DNA of 59,791 nucleotides. Origin: Octopus bimaculoides (taxonomy: Eukaryota). The notes below the pieces were generated by a model. That model saw only the letters and a program-made list of their open reading frames with translations. It was not told where the DNA came from and made no database searches. Positions 53,601-59,791 of this stretch are shown in pieces; position 1 is the first letter of the stretch, and every line of letters starts with the position of its first letter. The position numbers and the translations under genes were made by a program. The DNA lies in the NCBI RefSeq assembly GCF_001194135.2, contig NC_068983.1:77655266-77715056 (forward strand), read 5' to 3'.

Positions 53601-54174
53601 TATATTTTATATTTACAATTGTTCAATATTTTCATATTTCTACTTGCACCCTTTTCCCCTAGACGCTGGGCTGTGTGAAACAGTTTCCAAAAGTAGTAAC
53701 TTCGAATCGTTTCTCTTACCGTATTAAACGTCTAAACATTATGTAGTTGTTGATTTTGTCCTACATATCAATCCTGATTGAAATGATTTGTCAGCAAAAT
53801 CATTCTAATTGTGATGACTGCGACTGTGTACATAAGCAGGATTTTATTTTCCAATAAATCATTCTATTTGGAGGTGTCAATTCAGGCTGAGGCCTCTCAT
53901 TATTAGCAGGCCGTGTCTCTCATAGAAGTCTCTTCGCATTGGTTCAATAATACTATCAGACGTGTGGAAATGGCAGTGCAAAAGCACCAATGTGTTTTAT
54001 GAAATGTTTTAAGTATTTGCCTTCATCTTTCTTACTTTTGTATTTGTTCATGGTGGGATACTAAAATACTACGTTGATGTATTGGTAAACAGTCAACGGC
54101 GTTATACAGCATAAATATTAAAGTTGTAGAGGAGAAAAAAAAAACTAACGGAGAGGACTAGAAGACATCTGAAT

Positions 54175-54740
54175 ATTGGAAAAAAGTTTATTTGCATCAT
54201 GGTGATTCACGCTGAGTTTCAAAGTGCCGGCATCATGACTGCTTCTCAATGTTCTGTAAACACTGTAAAAGCTGCAAGAGGTGACATTGAAAAAGGCAAC
54301 AGAGACCACGAAGCCGTCGTCAGTAGTAAGGTTCAGAACAGGCTTTCTGACTGCATCCTGTACGTCTGAACACATTCCCTCGTCATTGAGTCTCACTTCA
54401 GGTGGAAATATTAAGCTGCTAGAGACAAGTCAATCCCTGGCTGGAGAAGGTTGCTGATAAGGAGAACATACGTGGAGCAGCAGGATTTTGGCTTTTACCT
54501 ACAACCCTCGAAAGAGTTAGAAGTGATTGTCGGAGAATTTCTACCACTTCGCCAGCCGCAATTTCTATCCTCCTAATTTCTTCGATTCTGATTCCATGGA
54601 TTAATAAGTGTGGAACACGGTACACACCAATCTGGTAAACAAGATCAACGCAGCATGCTAAGACCTTCCCAGGAAGACAGCATGTGCCAGGATTCGGAGC
54701 CGTAAAGAGGCCGTAGTGTATGGTGACGGCAACTACTTAT
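54175..54740 (+). mobile_element. Second DD37D (maT-type) transposase remnant, internally deleted
   Basis: PWLEKVA..TYVEQQD, then after a 1-nt insertion 37 codons ending NFYPPNFFDSDSM-D**VW. The C-terminus is CARIRSRKEAVVYGDGNY. It runs into a gap. Confidence 0.8.
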
Positions 54741-57456
54741 GTATATNNNNNNNNNNNNNNNNNNNNNNNNNNNNNNNNNNNNNNNNNNNNNNNNNNNNNN
54801 NNNNNNNNNNNNNNNNNNNNNNNNNNNNNNNNNNNNNNNNNNNNNNNNNNNNNNNNNNNNNNNNNNNNNNNNNNNNNNNNNNNNNNNNNNNNNNNNNNNN
54901 NNNNNNNNNNNNNNNNNNNNATATATATATATATATATATATATAAATATATATATATTCATTAGAAAGAGAGAGAGAGAGAGGGTGGAGAGACAGACAG
55001 AGATATTTTTACTGACTCTACACTGCAATAAAAGTAAATATCGTTCCTAACCAAATGAAATGGAATATTGGCAAACACAGTGATATATGTTGTTTTTTTT
55101 TTATTTTCGCTGAATAGAACTATTCGACTCAGTTTTGATTTAAAGTTAATAATTTTCGCCACAGACGTCGCTACTAATTCTTTAGAAAGTCATACATTTT
55201 AGGCATGATATCTAAACTGAGTCCCTAATCAAAGAATCAATAGAATATTTTCTGTATTGAGTTTTATGCTTTTCAGTAATAATACATAACCAAAACTAAA
55301 GTCCTTTCAGTTATGTCTTCAGATTTCTAACTTTTAAATACAAATCTTGCTGCATAATTAACTTTGCTTTTCGACCCATTGATGTTAATAACAACAAGTA
55401 AAACCTGATATTTATGTTCATACAATTCATTAAACATATCTCAACATACGTTTGTTATTTGCTATTACCAGAAAGCATTATTATGAATGAGTAAGGATGT
55501 CTCTAAATTTGGGTTATGGTGTTCACCTAAAAGATCAACTTTGTAACCGAAGAATAGAATAAATATTACACCGTTCTTTCATTACTTGAAACAACAATCA
55601 AATTTATCTTGGATCTTCGTATATTATCTGAAAGATGATAGTATTTAAATTATATTGGATTATGTGTATACACGAAACAAAAATGTAACTACTTTGAGGC
55701 CTTGCAAAAGCACACATCAAATCCTCTTTCCATTTCTTTCTGTCTCTCTCTCCCCTTGTCTCTCTCCATATCTTCTGTCTCTCCCTCTTTATCTATTTAT
55801 CTCTCTTTCTATCTCTCAGTCTGCCCACTAATCTGCCTATCTCTTCATCTGTCTCTCTGTCTACCTGTCTATCTATATCTACATTGCCATCATTGAAACC
55901 GAAGAGAAATAAAAAATGTATGTTAGATATAACATTCGGTGCTAATATGGTTAAACTCACAACATTTGAACTAGAATCATCGAATTCATCAATCTAACTA
56001 TCAAATAATAATGGCGACTATGATGACGATGGCAATGAGGCAAATGATATTATAGTCTCGACAGGTGGCTCTGCAAATTGTAAGCAGTATCAATAGTAAT
56101 CATAATCGTAAAAGGAAGAAAAATAAAAGTGAATATAAACGTATGAAAATAATTTATGTTTCATTTCCTGCAACCAAACATAGTAAGACTAGGCGACTCA
56201 AAGTTGTTACTATTCATAAGCTGGATGTGTTTGGAAGAAAGTTTCCAGACTGGATGAAAATAGTATTTGATTCCTGATCAGTCTCTCAAAATGATTTTGA
56301 AAGACATTGTTGTTCGTTTTGTAATGATTTCTTTAGTTATTCTATCGTGCAACGTCTCTGTCAATAGACAAGCAGAGTTCTACTGTTGTTTTTACATACG
56401 TCAATATGACACTGGTCACACCCAGGCATTCAGAAAATAACGATCAATCAATGATGTATATAATACAACCATTTTTCCAGATAGTTTGGCATCATATAAA
56501 CAAGAAATATATCAATCATTGGCAGATGGAAAAGAATAGGAAATTAAACAGATAGACAGACATATAACATTTTATAGTTATAAATTTTTTAAAAAGTAAC
56601 AAAGGGAATGGGTGTATATGTGTATGTGCAGAGATATACGAGTGACTCTGTACGCGCGCGCGTGTGTTAATTAAACGTAGATGAAAATAAGAAAGAGAAG
56701 AATGAGAATCAGAAACGAATCTGATTGAAATAAATTGTATCTTTAAACTGCTCAACGTATTGACACCAAGTGATCTAACTATACTAACAGATGAAGATAA
56801 TGGCCAATGTTCAAACAAATAATCCCCGTTCCTACGTCTTTAAATTGATTTTATTCCTCAATACAATTTATGGAATGACTCGGTCAATAAATAATCATAC
56901 GGCTGAAGTATTTCATTATTTGAAATGTTGTCTCATGTATTTAATATAACGAATCTCTAAGAAATATTATTTATATCCATTTGATATTAAGCATTTAGAT
57001 TCTGACAACAAACAACTGGTTCATTAGTTGAGTAATTGAGCAGTAATCAAACTGGTTTTCCCTTTGCGCATTGCTGTTTACATTACTATACACAAATGGA
57101 GCATAAACAGCCAAAGGTAAATATCTTTGAATGGCAATTGTAGCATGTAGCGTAAATAATATTCATATAAAATAATCAACTATCGCTTCTCAACTTATCT
57201 AGAACTATCTAAGGTCTCTCTTTCCACTTTAAAAATGTGCATCATTTACTTGTGCAACAGTCTATAGGTTCAAATCGTCCCATAGCACGTTAACCCCTGT
57301 CTTTTCACATTCTATGAAGATGAAGCCATACATTATACTTGCTCCTAGTGACACGGCTATCCATATATATGAATTACATATGAATTATACACAAACAGCG
57401 CGCGCGTACACACAAACACCCACGAACAAATACACACACGCACATTCACACATATA

Positions 57457-57542
<86 letters not shown>

Positions 57543-58134
57543 GTGCGTGCACGTGCGTGCACGTGCGTTGTGTGAACATAGGCGCATGCGTGGCTGTGTG
57601 CGAAGAAAAATGCATATATTTCGTTTTGGGATTTGGTTTGCAAGATTTTTTATGTGATTTCGTGTGTTGAAGCATATTCTGTTGTCTGGAGAGAGTCATT
57701 TTCTTATCGTGCCTTAAAATTTAACTCACTCACCGTTAAAATTTCCACTTATTGTTTAAAAATAATAAGTGGAAACAGGGTTTGATATGATAGTCTATAT
57801 ATCTAAACTAAAAAAAAACAAATAAAATCAGTAACAGGCAGAGTCTTCTTTGACATTTTATTTATAAGTTTCCATGGTGTGGCTAAAGCAATATGTTCTC
57901 TGTCTGTCTCCCTAAACTCTGGGAGATTTTACGTATTATCATACTAATGTGTCCATCTGTTCTAATTTGATTAAATTCTATGTCTTTGTGCAGCTGAAGA
58001 CTGCTCTGCATTTTAAATTAATCTAATGAGTACGTTGTTCAATTAAATGGAGTTGCATGAAACGATGAAACGATGAAACGATCGTACTGCATTACCTCTG
58101 GATATCCTTGTTGCTTATTTTGATTTACACACAC

Positions 58135-58182
<48 letters not shown>

Positions 58183-58962
58183 GTATATGTGCGTGTATAT
58201 ATGTATANNNNNNNNNNNNNNNNNNNNNNNNNNNNNNNNNNNNNNNNNNNNNNNNNNNNNNNNNNNNNNNNNNNNNNNNNNNNNNNNNNNNNNNNNNNNN
58301 NNNNNNNNNNNNNNNNNNNNNNNNNNNNNNNNNNNNNNNNNNNNNNNNNNNNNNNNNNNNNNNNNNNNNNNNNNNNNNNNNNNNNNNNNNNNNNNNNNNN
58401 NNNNNNNNNNNNNNNNNNNNNNNNNNNNNNNNNNNNNNNNNNNNNNNNNNNNNNNNNNNNNNNNNNNNNNNNNNNNNNNNNNNNNNNNNNNNNNNNNNNN
58501 NNNNNNNNNNNNNNNNNNNNNNNNNNNNNNNNNNNNNNNNNNNNNNNNNNNNNNNNNNNNNNNNNNNNNNNNNNNNNNNNNNNNNNNNNNNNNNNNNNNN
58601 NNNNNNNNNNNNNNNNNNNNNNNNNNNNNNNNNNNNNNNNNNNNNNNNNNNNNNNNNNNNNNNNNNNNNNNNNNNNNNNNNNNNNNNNNNNNNNNNNNNN
58701 NNNNNNNNNNNNNNNNNNNNNNNNNNNNNNNNNNNNNNNNNNNNNNNNNNNNNNNNNNNNNNNNNNNNNNNNNNNNNNNNNNNNNNNNNNNNNNNNNNNN
58801 NNNNNNNNNNNNNNNNNNNNNNNNNNNNNNNNNNNNNNNNNNNNNNNNNNNNNNNNNNNNNNNNNNNNNNNNNNNNNNNNNNNNNNNNNNNNNNNNNNNN
58901 NNNNNNNNNNNNNNNNNNNNNNNNNNNNNNNNNNNNNNNNNNNNNNNNNNNNNNNNNNNNNN

Positions 58963-59035
58963 TTCATTCATAATTTTTTCATTCATAATTTTTTCATTCA
59001 TAATTTTTTCATCCATAATTTTTTCATTCATATTT
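58963..59035. repeat. 15-bp tandem repeat (ttttttcattcataa)n entering the 755-N gap
   Basis: At least four units are visible. They read MNEKI repeats on the minus strand. Confidence 0.92.
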
Positions 59036-59791
59036 TTATTCTTACGTTTGTAGAAATAAATATTCTTGTATTTTTCTATTATTCAATTGATTTTTAGTGA
59101 TAATTAAATAATCGTGTTTAGCTTTAAATAGTATAGCTTTAACTATTACACCGGTTAAATATGTACTAATTTTATCTTCATTATTATTTTAAACTTAAAC
59201 TTCGTTCAAATTGTATATAAAACAAAGATAATTTAAAACAATGATAATTAATGTAAGTTGTTTTTTGTATATAATATACATGTTATTATAATGGAGGAAG
59301 GGAGGATTATTGAATGGTTATTATTTTGATATTTTTAATAATTTTTCTATCTTGATAAAAATAATTATTTCATATTAATTCATTTGGTACTTATTGTTGG
59401 TTGAGATATATATATCTAATTATTGTTCTACTTAAGATCTGACGATTAGCTATATTTTTGAATAGAATTTAATTTTCTATAATTTCAATTGATTTTAATC
59501 GATTTAGATTTCCTTTCTATTTGATAATTAGTTATGAAACACGTATAATGATCTTATTATATTTATCTTATGATATTTACTTTGCTTTTTATTATACTCA
59601 TTTATTGTGTTTTTAATTGTTAATTTTTCTATATGTGATAGTGGATTTTCATCGATGAGTTCTTGAAACTTGGTTATTTTCCCTAAAACTATATATTTTA
59701 TATATATATTATCTATAAAGCTCAATTTAATTTTTTATAAATTGATTTTAATTGAGTTTTTACCTGTAATTTTGGATTTTGTCGCTAATAT

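Larger units (their letters stand above)
1068..58962. other. Ten assembly gaps (N runs): 1068-1330, 3382-3591, 4438-4980, 18641-18831, 31262-31558, 45189-45665, 50348-50615, 52912-52921, 54747-54920, 58208-58962
   Basis: Runs of n. Nearly all are bordered by (TA)n, (CA)n or (TG)n microsatellites, and the last by a 15-bp tandem repeat. This is typical of short-read contig breaks. Confidence 0.98.

Noticed and set aside
867-59097. Long ORFs spanning N runs or made of YI/HT/CV/LS dipeptide and poly-L/V/Y repeats
   Set aside because: They are artefacts of assembly gaps and microsatellites.

Overview
AT-rich, repeat-dense animal DNA from a gapped short-read assembly, with 10 N-runs flanked by simple repeats. 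The SINE families look like those of an Octopus/cephalopod genome (recalled, not searched). I find no supportable host gene, and most listed ORFs are microsatellite or N-gap artefacts. The window is a graveyard of decayed mobile elements: Chapaev3-like, hATm-like, mariner, two DD37D (maT) and two DD41D-like Tc1/mariner remnants, R4/Dong and RTE LINE fragments, a Gypsy gag fragment, about nine tRNA-derived SINE copies and two MITE/foldback elements. It also holds a near-complete Penelope-like element (RT + GIY-YIG) with inverted terminal repeats. Two things stand out. (1) A ~1.4 kb segment (29.53-30.93 kb) has inverted dinucleotide asymmetries, as if it were reversed without complementation or CpA-hypermutated. 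Read backwards it gives weak, correctly ordered motifs of a protein-primed family B DNA polymerase. (2) The Penelope-like element's terminal repeat combines a tRNA-like Pol III A/B-box head with a minimal hammerhead ribozyme, which is decayed in one copy and cleanly deleted in the other. All translations, counts and boundaries were done by hand and are approximate.
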